64,000 nt of DNA from assembly GCA_934101275.1 (NCBI GenBank), contig CAKOQM010000001.1, positions 5,371 to 69,370 of the forward strand. The letters are read 5' to 3'. The stretch is from an uncultured Bacilli bacterium. GTDB lineage: Bacteria; Bacillota_I; Bacilli_A; RF39; UBA660. The position numbers and the translations under genes are program-made. Under the pieces are notes generated by a model. That model saw nothing but the letters and a program-made list of their open reading frames with translations. It had not been told where the DNA came from and did not search any database. Positions 9,719 to 20,433 of this stretch are shown here, one piece after another. Each line of letters begins with the position of its first letter. The first letter of the stretch is position 1.

Positions 9719-11690
9719 ATTAAGAAGTATTATTTTTTCTTTACTTCCTATTTTCTTTTTCTTTGCTATAGAGCTTTTATTAAGAATAATGCTTCATTTT
9801 CCTTTATGGGATTACGCTACCTTACGGATTTTAATGGCATCGTTTATCTATGGCTCTTTCGTAGTGCTTTTTTCTTTGTTATTTAAATCGGAGAAGAAAC
9901 GTTTTTTTGTGATAGCAATATGCCTATTTTTAGCTAGTCTTTATGATTGGTTACAATTAGGATTTTATAATTATCTTGGCATGTTTATTTCTTTAAATAC
10001 CGCATCTCAAGCTGGCGCGGTTACCGACTATATTGCCAGCTTTTTACAAAGCTTTTCGGTAGAAAGTTATGCTCTTTTTGCTCCATTTATTATATATTTT
10101 CTTACCTTTTTAAAAAAATCTTATTCTCTTTTTGAGCAAAAGAAAAATAAAATTATTTATTATATCGCTTTAATGATAGTAAATATTCCTTTTTGGGTGG
10201 GAAGTATTAATCTTTCATTTATGCAAAATCCTTTGCAGTTAATTTCTAATAAAGAACTTATTTTTAATCCTTCAAATTCCTCTATTGCTATAAATCAATT
10301 TGGTGGCCAAACTTATTTGTTTTTGGATATTAAGGAACTTATTTTTCCTCATAAAGTAGGGGAAGAAAATAATGAAATTACCGAAACAGTGGATGATAGT
10401 CTTTGGCTCCAAGTCATCAAAGACGAACAAGATTCAACGTATAAAAAATTAAATTCCTATTTTATTCAAAATTCTTTAACTGAAAAAAATGATTATACAG
10501 GCTATTTTAAAGGTAAAAATGTTATTGTTATTATGATGGAATCGGTTAATTATGCCATTTCTCAAGCAGAATACTATCCTAATTTTGCTCGGCTTTTAAA
10601 AAATAGTTGGTATTGGCAAAATAATTATAGCCCTAGAGGAGCATGCTCCACCGCAGATAATGAATTTTCTGGCATTACCAGTCTTTATGCAATTCCAACG
10701 ACTTGTACAGCTAATACTTATCTTAATAATACGTATTTTACTTCTTTATTTAATCGTTTCAAAGACAGTGGTTATAAAGTAACCAGTTTCCATGATTTTG
10801 ATGACACGTATTATAAAAGAAGTATTTATCATCCTAATCTTGGTAGTGAACATTTTTATAATGTCAATGATCTTAACATTTCCTATATTAACGATGGAGT
10901 TCACTGGCCTAATGATGGTTTAATGATGGGCCAAATTTTATCTTATGCTCAAGACGAATCCAAACCTTTTATGAGTTTTGTCACCACAGTAAGTGCCCAT
11001 ATGGCGTATGCATACGACAGTGGTGAAGGGGATAAATACATGAGTTTGTTTGAAAAACTTGGTTACGATGAAGAATTAACACGTTATTTGTCAAAACTTA
11101 AAATTACCGATGATGCCTTAGGTGTTTTACTAGATTCATTACAAGATAAAGGTATATTAGATGATACTGTACTTGTTTTATATGGAGATCATTATCCTTA
11201 TGGACTTTCAAAAGAAAATGTTGCTAAAATTGTTGATTATGATGTCGATTATTACAATGATATTGAAAAGACTCCTTTTGTTATATATAATAGTAAATTA
11301 GAAGCCAAAGTTTTTGATCAAAAGACATCTTATATTAATATTTTACCGACATTGGCTAATTTATTTGATTTAGATTATGATTCTAGATTTTATATGGGAA
11401 CTGATTTGTTTTCACCATCTTATGAAAATAGAGTTGTTTTCACAGATTCTTCTTGGATGGATGACAAAGCATTTTATAATGCTTTAAATGGAACGATTAC
11501 GTATTTAAAAGAGGACACTTATACAACAGAAGAAATTCAAAAAATTAATCAATCCATTTACAATAAAAAAGAAATGAGTAGGCTTGCTATTACAAGTAAT
11601 TATTTTGATTATTTAGAAAAAGCTTTGCAAGAAAGGAAAGATAAGCAAAATGAAGAAACTAATGATCGTGGAGTCACCACACAAGAGTAA
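9690..11690 (+). CDS. LTA synthase family protein (polytopic membrane N-terminus plus extracellular sulfatase-like domain)
   Basis: 666 aa; about 5 N-terminal TM helices; 'VIVIMMESVNYA' matches the LtaS/sulfatase metal-site motif; overlaps the rnhB 3' end. Confidence 0.75.
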   Translation: MGKWMKRQNKLRSIIFSLLPIFFFFAIELLLRIMLHFPLWDYATLRILMASFIYGSFVVLFSLLFKSEKKRFFVIAICLFLASLYDWLQLGFYNYLGMFISLNTASQAGAVTDYIASFLQSFSVESYALFAPFIIYFLTFLKKSYSLFEQKKNKIIYYIALMIVNIPFWVGSINLSFMQNPLQLISNKELIFNPSNSSIAINQFGGQTYLFLDIKELIFPHKVGEENNEITETVDDSLWLQVIKDEQDSTYKKLNSYFIQNSLTEKNDYTGYFKGKNVIVIMMESVNYAISQAEYYPNFARLLKNSWYWQNNYSPRGACSTADNEFSGITSLYAIPTTCTANTYLNNTYFTSLFNRFKDSGYKVTSFHDFDDTYYKRSIYHPNLGSEHFYNVNDLNISYINDGVHWPNDGLMMGQILSYAQDESKPFMSFVTTVSAHMAYAYDSGEGDKYMSLFEKLGYDEELTRYLSKLKITDDALGVLLDSLQDKGILDDTVLVLYGDHYPYGLSKENVAKIVDYDVDYYNDIEKTPFVIYNSKLEAKVFDQKTSYINILPTLANLFDLDYDSRFYMGTDLFSPSYENRVVFTDSSWMDDKAFYNALNGTITYLKEDTYTTEEIQKINQSIYNKKEMSRLAITSNYFDYLEKALQERKDKQNEETNDRGVTTQE

Positions 11691-13689
11691 AACTATTACA
11701 GGTTTTTTAGGAAGTGACTATAAAGTTGTTTCAAGTAAAGGCCACATCATGGATTTAGCCACATCTGGTAAGTTCGGATTAGGGGTTGATGTTGACAATG
11801 ATTTTAAAGCGAGTTATGTGCCTATAAAAGGAAAAAGTAGTCTCATCAAAGAATTAAAAAAAGACGTTAAAGAAGCCGATGAAATTATATTATCTACCGA
11901 CCCTGACCGCGAAGGTGAAGCTATTTCTTGGCATTTAAAAGAAACTTTAAAAATTGATGAAGATAAATATGTTCGTGTTACTTTTAATGAGATCACAAAA
12001 GATGTTGTTTTAAATGCTTTAAAAAATCCTCGTAAAATTGATGACAATCTTGTAAAAAGTCAAGAAACAAGACGTATTTTAGACCGAATTATTGGGTTTC
12101 GTTTGAGTAAACTTATGCAGAGTAAGACGGGTGGTAAAAGTGCTGGCCGTGTTCAAAGTGTTGCTTTAAAATTGATTGTTGATAGAGAAAGAGAAATTCA
12201 AGCTTTTGTTCCAGAAGAATACTGGACAATTGAAGCAATATTTAAAGATTTCACCGCGACTTTAGAAAAATATAAAAATAAAAAAATTACCATTAAAAAT
12301 GAAGAAGAAGCAACAAATATTGTTGAAAGCTTAGAAGATTATTTTAAAATAGCAGATAAAACAACCAAAGAAGCCTCACGAAATAGCAAACCGGTTTTTA
12401 AAACAACAACTTTACAAACTATGGCCTCAAATAAGCTTGGTTTTTCTTCATCAAGAACCATGCGAATTGCCCAAAAATTATATGAAGGGGTTGAAGTAGA
12501 GGGGAAAAGTATTGGTTTAATTACTTATATGAGAACGGATTCAGAACGTGTTTCCCCATCATTTGTTACTGAGACCAAAGATTATATAAAAACCACTTAC
12601 GGAGCAAATTATGTAGGTCAAGTAAAAGTTCCTAAGAAAAAGGAAAATATTCAAGATGCCCACGAAGGTATCCGACCAACAAGTATTTTAAATACACCTG
12701 AAAAATTAAAGAAATCTTTATCACCAGAAGAATACAAACTTTATGAAATGATTTATACGCGGGCTTTAGCTTCTATTATGGCGCCAGCGAAACTGCTTAA
12801 TACATCCGTCTCTCTTTTAAATAACGATTATTTATTTAAAACGACAGGAAGTGTTTTACTTTTTGATGGATATTTAAAAGTGTATAGTAAATATGAAGAT
12901 CAGAAAGATACGATTTTACCTGATTTTGACGCTTATGAAGAAGGTAAAATAAAGAAAGAAGAAATAAAAAAAGAACAACATTTTACCAAACCAGAATCAC
13001 GATATACCGAAGGTTCTTTAATAAAAACGATGGAAAGTTTAGGAATTGGACGACCAAGTACCTATGCTCCTACCATTCAGACATTAAAAGACCGGGAATA
13101 TGTTACTTTAGAAGAAAAGAAATTTGTCCCAACTAAAGTAGGGTTTGAAATTACAGATAAACTTCAAGAATTTTTTAGTAACATTATAAATGTAGAATAC
13201 ACGGCTAATATGGAAACAGAATTAGATGAAATTGCTGAAGATAAAATTAATAATGTCGATGTGTTAAAAACTTTTTATAATGAATTTGAACCAATGGTCG
13301 AAGATGCTTTTGGCAAAATGGAAAAAGCACAACCTCAAGAAACTGGTGAAATGTGTCCTTTATGTGGTTCTTCTTTAGTCATACGCCATGGTAGATATGG
13401 AGAATTCGTTGCTTGTTCCAATTATCCAAATTGTAAATATATTAAAAAAGAAGAGAAAAAAGTAGTAGAAGTTATGCCTTGCCCAAAATGCGACGGTAAA
13501 ATTATTGAGCGCAAAACAAAACGTGGCAAAATATTTTATGGTTGCAGCAACTATCCAAAATGTGACTTTGCTTCTTGGGATAAACCAATACTTCAAAAAT
13601 GCCCAAATTGTCAAGGTGTTTTAGTTGAAAAAAAAGATGGTATTCATTGTTTAAACTGTGATTATCATAAGGATTTAGAAGAAAAATAA
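11650..13689 (+). CDS. topA: DNA topoisomerase I
   Basis: 679 aa; TOPRIM N-terminus 'LMIVESPHKSKTI'; three C-terminal Cys4 zinc ribbons (CPLCGS...CSNYPNC etc.). Confidence 0.9.
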   Translation: MKKLMIVESPHKSKTITGFLGSDYKVVSSKGHIMDLATSGKFGLGVDVDNDFKASYVPIKGKSSLIKELKKDVKEADEIILSTDPDREGEAISWHLKETLKIDEDKYVRVTFNEITKDVVLNALKNPRKIDDNLVKSQETRRILDRIIGFRLSKLMQSKTGGKSAGRVQSVALKLIVDREREIQAFVPEEYWTIEAIFKDFTATLEKYKNKKITIKNEEEATNIVESLEDYFKIADKTTKEASRNSKPVFKTTTLQTMASNKLGFSSSRTMRIAQKLYEGVEVEGKSIGLITYMRTDSERVSPSFVTETKDYIKTTYGANYVGQVKVPKKKENIQDAHEGIRPTSILNTPEKLKKSLSPEEYKLYEMIYTRALASIMAPAKLLNTSVSLLNNDYLFKTTGSVLLFDGYLKVYSKYEDQKDTILPDFDAYEEGKIKKEEIKKEQHFTKPESRYTEGSLIKTMESLGIGRPSTYAPTIQTLKDREYVTLEEKKFVPTKVGFEITDKLQEFFSNIINVEYTANMETELDEIAEDKINNVDVLKTFYNEFEPMVEDAFGKMEKAQPQETGEMCPLCGSSLVIRHGRYGEFVACSNYPNCKYIKKEEKKVVEVMPCPKCDGKIIERKTKRGKIFYGCSNYPKCDFASWDKPILQKCPNCQGVLVEKKDGIHCLNCDYHKDLEEK

Positions 13690-13697
13690 AATTGCCT

Positions 13698-13760
13698 CTT
13701 GACGTTCGGGGGGGGGGTATCTGTTATAATCATCATAGGAAGACTATGGTGATTTTTTCT
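13698..13760 (+). promoter_or_regulatory. Promoter cassette with a G10 homopolymer in the -35/-10 spacer, followed by an inverted repeat and a T-run (copy A)
   Basis: TTGACG at 13698-13703; G10 at 13707-13716; extended -10 TGtTATAAT at 13721-13729 (20 nt spacer); inverted repeat atcatcatag/ctatggtgat at 13728-13752 then TTTTTT; a near-identical cassette lies at 51725-51795 on the minus strand. Confidence 0.6.
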
Positions 13761-13897
13761 TGCAAAAAATCACTATTACCCTTCACATTTATAACTAAAT
13801 GGTATTGAAATGTTATAATGTTTTATGTACTAAGTAAAAAGCGTTTAAAACGCACCATACTGTTACATACTAAAAAGAAAAAGGAGTTGTTCCATTT

Positions 13898-15505
13898 ATG
13901 GAAAAAAAGAGAAGAAATATTTTAATTACAATTGTTTTATTAATAGGTATCATCGCTGTTATAGGCGTCTCTTATGCTTTATGGGTATTGAACTTAACTC
14001 AAACTGGTCAAAATGATATTGTTTCATCATGTTTTAATATCACTTATGAAGATAAAGACAATATTAGTTTACAAAAGGCCTACCCAATCTTAGATGAAGA
14101 AGGAAAGAAATTAGTACCATATGAATTCACGATTACCAATTCTTGTGATTCCTATGCTTCTTTTAATGTTAATCTAGAAGTCTTAAATACCACGACTTTA
14201 ACAAACAACGATGCCGTTAAAGCTATGATATCATCAAAAACAAATGATACCGAGACAGAGATAACAACGAGTTTATTATCAAGTTATCAAACAACCACGA
14301 AAACCTTAGATAATGCTAAAATAGCATTTAATTTAACAACAGGCTATTTAAATGTAAAAGAATCTAAAACTTATACCTTAAGATTATGGTTAGACGAAAA
14401 TGTGGATATGAATACCGAAGGTGTTCAAAATGCTAAATTTAGTTCAAAAGTAGTTGTCACAACAAGCTATGCAGAAGAAATACCGAAATCTGCGGTAGAG
14501 ACAATAGTATCATTAGTAAGTGGAGCAGATATTAGTTCAACAGATGTTTATACAGTGCCAGATAAAGAAGGAGATAATTGTACATATACCTTCGTATATG
14601 ATGGAACGAGTGATAACAATTTAAGATATGTCGGATCAAATCCATGTAATTATATAAAAATAGATGATGAGTTATGGCGAATCGTTGGTGTGATGAATAG
14701 CATAGATGATGGCACAGGCAAGAAAGAAAGCCGTATAAAATTAATCCGGTCAGAGTCAATAGGAGGATATTCTTGGGATACATCCGATTCTAGCATAAAT
14801 GGAGGCTATGGTATAAATGAGTGGAGTCAAGCCGATTTAATGAAACTTTTAAATCCAGGGTATGAAAGTGAAAGCGTTGGAGGTTCTTTGTACTACAATG
14901 GTGGTTCAGGCACATGTTATAGTGGTCAAAGTAATACAACATCTTCTTGTGATTTTGCAAGTAGTGGCTTAAAAGAAAATTTAAAAGCATTAATAGGGGA
15001 TGCTATCTGGAATACCGGAAGTAACGATGGTGTCATATATGGGTATGATACAATAACTAGTAAATTCTATGAATTAGAAAGAAGTAATAATACAGGGAAG
15101 ATATGTTCATCAGGAAACTATTGTAATGATACCGTAGAAAGAACGACAACGTGGACAGGAAAAGTAGGATTAATATATCCTTCTGATTATGGATATGCGA
15201 CTAGTGGAAGAAGAGCTGCAAGTCAAAGCAGTTGCTCAAATGAAAAAATGTCTAATTGGATTGCTAGTTCTTATAGTGATTGCAGATCTAATGATTGGAT
15301 ATATAATTCATCTACTCAGTGGACTATTTTTCATTATGCGTTCTCTTCATCTGCTAGTGATGCGATGTATATTAGAGATACTGGAGACGTCAATACCAAC
15401 TATGTGGGTGTTAATAATGGTGTCCGTCCTTCTATTTATTTAAAACCTAATGTTTCTATTTTGTCTGGTGAAGGTACTTTGGAAGATCCCTATGTATTAG
15501 GATAA
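13898..15505 (+). CDS. Secreted/surface protein, paralogous family member A (N-terminal signal-anchor, Ser/Thr-rich, conserved C-terminal module)
   Basis: 535 aa; 'KKRRN' then TM then 'GVSYALW'; 'YTLRLWLDENV' block shared with the 51404 ORF; C-terminal 'GVRPSIYLKPNVSILSGEGTLEDPYVLG'; RBS AAAGGAG. Confidence 0.8.
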   Translation: MEKKRRNILITIVLLIGIIAVIGVSYALWVLNLTQTGQNDIVSSCFNITYEDKDNISLQKAYPILDEEGKKLVPYEFTITNSCDSYASFNVNLEVLNTTTLTNNDAVKAMISSKTNDTETEITTSLLSSYQTTTKTLDNAKIAFNLTTGYLNVKESKTYTLRLWLDENVDMNTEGVQNAKFSSKVVVTTSYAEEIPKSAVETIVSLVSGADISSTDVYTVPDKEGDNCTYTFVYDGTSDNNLRYVGSNPCNYIKIDDELWRIVGVMNSIDDGTGKKESRIKLIRSESIGGYSWDTSDSSINGGYGINEWSQADLMKLLNPGYESESVGGSLYYNGGSGTCYSGQSNTTSSCDFASSGLKENLKALIGDAIWNTGSNDGVIYGYDTITSKFYELERSNNTGKICSSGNYCNDTVERTTTWTGKVGLIYPSDYGYATSGRRAASQSSCSNEKMSNWIASSYSDCRSNDWIYNSSTQWTIFHYAFSSSASDAMYIRDTGDVNTNYVGVNNGVRPSIYLKPNVSILSGEGTLEDPYVLG

Positions 15506-15633
15506 GTATTTATTATAATTAAGACGTGTCTGTTTTATATAAATAGCACATCTTTTTTTGTCAAAGAACAGTTATTTTGCTTTAAAATTAGAAGTTATCT
15601 TGATATACTTAAGAGGTGAAAGGTAGGAAATAA

Positions 15634-17862
15634 ATGAAACAAGAATGGAATGGTTTTAAAAGTGGAGTCTGGATGGATGAAATAAATGTATCTGACTTTA
15701 TTTTAAAAAACTATAAAGAATATGATGGAGATGGATCTTTTTTAAAAGACTCAACTTCTAAAACAAAAAAGGTGTGGCAAACATGCGAAGATTTATTGAA
15801 AGAAGAATTAGAAAAACATGTTTTAGATATTGATACAACACATATGTCCGGTATTAATTCTTTTGCGCCTGGATATATATGTGATGAAGATAATGTTATT
15901 GTTGGTCTTCAAACAGATAAGCCGTTAAAACGGATAGTTAATCCTTATGGTGGCATTCGTATGGTTTATCAGGAATTAGAAGCTTATGGCTATAAATTAG
16001 ATGATACGGTAGCTAAATATTTTAAAGAATTTCGTAAAACGCATAACGATGGCGTTTTTGATGCTTATCCGGAAAGCGTTAGAAAAGCCCGCCATGTAGG
16101 CCTTTTAACAGGATTACCAGATGCTTATGGCCGTGGTCGAATTATTGGTGACTATAGAAGAGTGGCTCTTTACGGTATTGATTATTTAATGAGTGAAAAG
16201 AAAAAAGATTGGGATAATTTAACTGGTCCTATGACAGATGATTTAATTCGTTTACGTGAAGAAGTTTCTATGCAATATAAGGCTTTAGATGAAATTAAAA
16301 AAATGGCGGCGTCTTATGGTTTTGATATTTCTAAACCAGCTTCTAATGCAAAAGAAGCTGTTCAGTGGACTTATTTTGCTTATTTAGCAGCCGTTAAAGA
16401 AAACAACGGTGCCGCAATGAGTCTTGGTAGAGTAGATGCCTTTTTTGATATTTATTTTGAAAGAGATGTAGAAAAAGGATTATTAACAGAAGAAAATGTT
16501 CAAGAAATTATTGATCAATTTGTTATTAAACTTCGTTTAGTAAGACATTTAAGAACGCCTGAATATGACGAGTTATTTTCTGGCGACCCAACTTGGGTGA
16601 CATGTTCTATTGGTGGATTAAATGATAAGGGAGAATCCTTAGTTACCAAAACCTCTTTAAGACTTTTACATACGCTTGTCAATTTAGATACGGCTCCAGA
16701 ACCTAATATGACTGTTTTATGGAGTGAAAAATTACCAGAAAATTTTAAAACTTACTGTGCCGAGATGTCTATTACAACGGATGCTATTCAATATGAAAAT
16801 GATGACGTTATGAGACCTTTATATGGTCCTGATTACGCTATTGCTTGTTGTGTATCGGCTATGCGTGAAGGAAAAGATATGCAATTTTTTGGAGCTCGTT
16901 GTAACCTTGCTAAAGCTCTACTTTATTCATTAAATGGTGGAATCGATGAAATAAAAAAGGAAAAAGTTATTGATGGTTTTGCTAAAAATACGGATGAAAT
17001 TTTAGATTTTGAAACGGTTAAAGAAAACTATTTTAGAATGCTTAAGGAAATTGCTTCTATTTATAGTGACGCGATGAATGTTATTCATTATATGCATGAT
17101 AAATATGCTTACGAAGCTGGCCAAATGGCTTTACATGATACACATGTTAGAAGACTAATGGCTTATGGTGTTGCGGGGCTTTCTGTTGTTGCAGACTCTT
17201 TATCTGCTATTAAATATGCTAAAGTAAGACCAATAAAAGACGAAGATGGAATCATGGTGGATTTTGAAATAACCGGCGATTTTCCTAAATATGGAAATGA
17301 TGATGATCGTGTCGATGATTTAGCTAAAGAAGTCTTAGAAAAATTTTACGAAGAATTATCAAGTCATCCTTGCTATAGAAATGCTCATCCAACACTTTCT
17401 GTCTTAACAATTACATCAAATGTGGTATATGGATCTAAAACAGGGGCCACTCCAGATGGAAGAAAAAAAGGCGTTGCTTTTGCTCCTGGAGCGAATCCAA
17501 TGCATCAAAGAGATGAAAATGGGGCGATTGCAAGCTTAAATTCAGTAGCCAAACTTCATTATCAAGGATGCTGTGAAGATGGGATTTCCAATACCTTTAG
17601 TATTGTTCCAACAAGTCTTGGTCATAGCAAAGAAGAACAAATAACCAATCTTGTTTCTTTATTAGAAGGATATTTTAGTCAAGGAGCACATCATTTAAAT
17701 GTAAATGTACTAAATAGAGAAACCCTTATAGATGCAATGAATCATCCTTTAAAATATCCACTTTTAACGATTCGTGTTTCAGGGTATGCTGTACGTTTTA
17801 ATAGATTAACAAGGAAGCAACAAGAGGAAGTTATCGCAAGAACTTTCCATGAAAAATTATAA
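15634..17862 (+). CDS. pflB: Formate C-acetyltransferase (pyruvate formate-lyase)
   Basis: 742 aa; glycyl-radical motif 'RVSGYAVRF' near the C-terminus. Confidence 0.9.
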   Translation: MKQEWNGFKSGVWMDEINVSDFILKNYKEYDGDGSFLKDSTSKTKKVWQTCEDLLKEELEKHVLDIDTTHMSGINSFAPGYICDEDNVIVGLQTDKPLKRIVNPYGGIRMVYQELEAYGYKLDDTVAKYFKEFRKTHNDGVFDAYPESVRKARHVGLLTGLPDAYGRGRIIGDYRRVALYGIDYLMSEKKKDWDNLTGPMTDDLIRLREEVSMQYKALDEIKKMAASYGFDISKPASNAKEAVQWTYFAYLAAVKENNGAAMSLGRVDAFFDIYFERDVEKGLLTEENVQEIIDQFVIKLRLVRHLRTPEYDELFSGDPTWVTCSIGGLNDKGESLVTKTSLRLLHTLVNLDTAPEPNMTVLWSEKLPENFKTYCAEMSITTDAIQYENDDVMRPLYGPDYAIACCVSAMREGKDMQFFGARCNLAKALLYSLNGGIDEIKKEKVIDGFAKNTDEILDFETVKENYFRMLKEIASIYSDAMNVIHYMHDKYAYEAGQMALHDTHVRRLMAYGVAGLSVVADSLSAIKYAKVRPIKDEDGIMVDFEITGDFPKYGNDDDRVDDLAKEVLEKFYEELSSHPCYRNAHPTLSVLTITSNVVYGSKTGATPDGRKKGVAFAPGANPMHQRDENGAIASLNSVAKLHYQGCCEDGISNTFSIVPTSLGHSKEEQITNLVSLLEGYFSQGAHHLNVNVLNRETLIDAMNHPLKYPLLTIRVSGYAVRFNRLTRKQQEEVIARTFHEKL

Positions 17863-18575
17863 TGACGGGTTATATTAATTCTATTGAATCTTTTGGACTC
17901 GTGGATGGACCTGGTATTCGTACCGTTATTTTCCTAAGTGGATGTCGTTTAAGATGTTTATATTGTCATAATCCAGAAATGTGGCAAATGGCTGGCAACC
18001 AAATGACCGCAGAAGAACTTGTTTCAAAAATAAAACGAAATAAACCTTATTTTAAGAGAAATAATGGTGGAGTTACTTTCTCAGGAGGAGAACCAACTTT
18101 ACAAAAAGATTTTCTTATAGAAGTGATGAAAAAATTAAAAAAAGAAGATATTTCAATTGCTTTAGATACGTGTGGCGTTGGTCTTGATGATTATGATGAG
18201 ATTTTATCTTTAACGGACATTGTTTTATTTGATGTTAAATTTACAAATGAAGAAGGCTATAAAAAGCTAACAGGCCAAAGTATGGCCTCTTCTTTAAAAT
18301 TCATCGAGGCTTTAAACAAAAGTGGAAAACCAGTTTGGATACGACAAGTTATTGTTCCTGGAATGATGGATAATGAAAATTATTTAAAAGAACTGGCATC
18401 TTATCTAAAAAAAATCAATAATATTGAAAAGATTGAATTTTTACCGTTTCATCATTTAGGTTTTTCTAAATATGAAAAATTACACTTAGAAAATCCTTTG
18501 AAAGACGTTAAGGAAATGGACATTCAAAAGTGTCAGGAACTTTATGAGTATTTCATGAAAATTTATAAAGAATAA
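17862..18575 (+). CDS. pflA: Pyruvate formate-lyase activating enzyme (radical SAM)
   Basis: 237 aa; 'CRLRCLYCHNPE' CxxxCxxC cluster; directly follows pflB. Confidence 0.9.
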   Translation: MTGYINSIESFGLVDGPGIRTVIFLSGCRLRCLYCHNPEMWQMAGNQMTAEELVSKIKRNKPYFKRNNGGVTFSGGEPTLQKDFLIEVMKKLKKEDISIALDTCGVGLDDYDEILSLTDIVLFDVKFTNEEGYKKLTGQSMASSLKFIEALNKSGKPVWIRQVIVPGMMDNENYLKELASYLKKINNIEKIEFLPFHHLGFSKYEKLHLENPLKDVKEMDIQKCQELYEYFMKIYKE

Positions 18576-18699
18576 GCCAGTTAAGGCTTATTTTTGCCGT
18601 AAGTGGTGTCTTTAAGAAAAGGTTCTATAAAACGTTTGTATTCCCTATAGATTTATGCTAGAATAAAACATACTTATTTTAAAGGGGGGGAAAATAAGT

Positions 18700-19143
18700 A
18701 TGTTGGACGAAGATATAAAATTAAAAATAATACCTTGTAATTATGAAATAGTTAGGAACTTAGAAAAAGTTAGATTGGACGCTTTTGATAAGCCTAATGA
18801 AAATGTCGAAACGTTAACAAAAGAATTTTTTGCTGAAAATACATCTGGAATCATGGCACTTTACAAAGATAAGATTGTCGCAGGGTGTTATGTTTCTTCA
18901 CATGCTCCAGTACTTTATATCTCTTATTTATTTGTTCATCCAGATTATCAAAAGAAACATTATTACATTGGTAAGAAAATACTTTTAGAAACTTTAAAAA
19001 GAAAGATAGATTTTGAAAATTATTATTGTGAAAAATTTTCTTTCGCTCATATGATAGCTGAAAATAAAAAATTAAAAGAGCTTTACCTTTCTTGGGGATT
19101 TGAAGCTCCTTATCAAACATTACTTGTACGAAAAAATATATAA
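18700..19143 (+). CDS. GNAT-family N-acetyltransferase (putative)
   Basis: 147 aa; 'YISYLFVHPDYQKKHYYIGKKILLETL' resembles GNAT motif A; a G7 run sits in the RBS region (18684-18690). Confidence 0.5.
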   Translation: MLDEDIKLKIIPCNYEIVRNLEKVRLDAFDKPNENVETLTKEFFAENTSGIMALYKDKIVAGCYVSSHAPVLYISYLFVHPDYQKKHYYIGKKILLETLKRKIDFENYYCEKFSFAHMIAENKKLKELYLSWGFEAPYQTLLVRKNI

Positions 19144-19158
19144 GTTAGGAGGTTTATT

Positions 19159-20433
19159 ATGTTTGTTGATGTTGTAAAAATGAAATTAATGGCAGGAAAA
19201 GGTGGTGACGGTTGTACTTCTTTTCGGAGGGAAAAATATATTCCAATGGGAGGCCCTGATGGTGGCTCTGGTGGCAAAGGTGGTGACATTGTCTTTGTTT
19301 GTGATGAAAGTTTAAAAACACTCGTTGATTTAAAATATCACAAGATTGTTAAAGCAACAAAAGGAGAAAATGGTAAAGGCAAAAATAGACGTGGCAGTAA
19401 TGCTGATGACGTTATTATAAAGGTACCGGTTGGCACAACAATTTTTGATGAAGATACTGGTCTTGTTCTTGCTGATTTACTAGAAGATAAAGAAGAAGTT
19501 GTTGTGGCTCATGGTGGAAGAGGTGGAAGAGGAAATACAGCTTTTGCAACTCATGAAAAACCAGCTCCAGAATTTTCTGAATTAGGAGAACCAGGTGAAA
19601 TAAGATATATAAAATGTGAATTAAAACTTCTTGCTGATGTTGGGTTGGTAGGTATGCCAAGCGTTGGTAAAAGTACTATTTTAAATGCAGTTACCAGTGC
19701 TAATCCTAAAATAGCAAGTTATCATTTTACAACGTTAAGTCCTAATTTAGGCGTTGTCACTTTAAAAGATAAAAGTTCTTTTATTTTAGCGGATTTGCCC
19801 GGAATGATTGAAGGAGCAAGTAAAGGCGTCGGCCTTGGCCTTGACTTTTTAAGACATGCTTCTCGTTGTCGTATTTTGGCTCATGTCATTGATATGGGAA
19901 GTGAAGAAGGAAGAGATCCTATTCAAGATTATGAAATTATTCGAAATGAAATTATAAACTATAGTGATGCTCTTGCTCAAAAGAAAGAAATTATTTTAGC
20001 AAATAAAAAAGATTTACCTTCCTATGAAGAAAATCTTAAAAAATTTAAAGAAAAATATCCAGATAAAGAAATTTATGAAATAAGTGGTCTTACAAAAGAA
20101 GGCTTAGATGATTTAATGCTTCATTTAAAAATAATGATTGATACGCTTCCGAAAACAAGAGTTTATCAAAATGATGAATATGAATCAACCGTTGTTTATC
20201 GTTTTAAAAACGAAAAACCTTATACGATTACTAAAGAAGATGGTATATGGATTATAAAGGGTGAGGAAATCAATAAACTTTTTGCTATGACACGTTTCGA
20301 AGAAAAAGAAGCTGTTCTTCGTTTTGGAAGAAAACTTAAAGGAATGGGTATTGATAACGAGCTCGAACGTCTTGGTGCAAAACGTGGAGATGAAGTTCAA
20401 ATAATGGATTATTTATTTGAATTTAAGGAATAA
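19159..20433 (+). CDS. obg: GTPase Obg
   Basis: 424 aa; Gly-rich Obg fold 'GGDGCTSFRREKYIPMGGPDGGSGGKGGDI'; G1 'GMPSVGKST'; C-terminal OCT/TGS-like domain; RBS AGGAGG. Confidence 0.9.
   Translation: MFVDVVKMKLMAGKGGDGCTSFRREKYIPMGGPDGGSGGKGGDIVFVCDESLKTLVDLKYHKIVKATKGENGKGKNRRGSNADDVIIKVPVGTTIFDEDTGLVLADLLEDKEEVVVAHGGRGGRGNTAFATHEKPAPEFSELGEPGEIRYIKCELKLLADVGLVGMPSVGKSTILNAVTSANPKIASYHFTTLSPNLGVVTLKDKSSFILADLPGMIEGASKGVGLGLDFLRHASRCRILAHVIDMGSEEGRDPIQDYEIIRNEIINYSDALAQKKEIILANKKDLPSYEENLKKFKEKYPDKEIYEISGLTKEGLDDLMLHLKIMIDTLPKTRVYQNDEYESTVVYRFKNEKPYTITKEDGIWIIKGEEINKLFAMTRFEEKEAVLRFGRKLKGMGIDNELERLGAKRGDEVQIMDYLFEFKE

Noticed and set aside
15505-15560. Imperfect hairpin aagacgtgtc...agcacatcttttttt after the 13898 gene
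   Set aside because: The stem has two mismatches. It is a plausible but weak terminator and is not listed as a feature.
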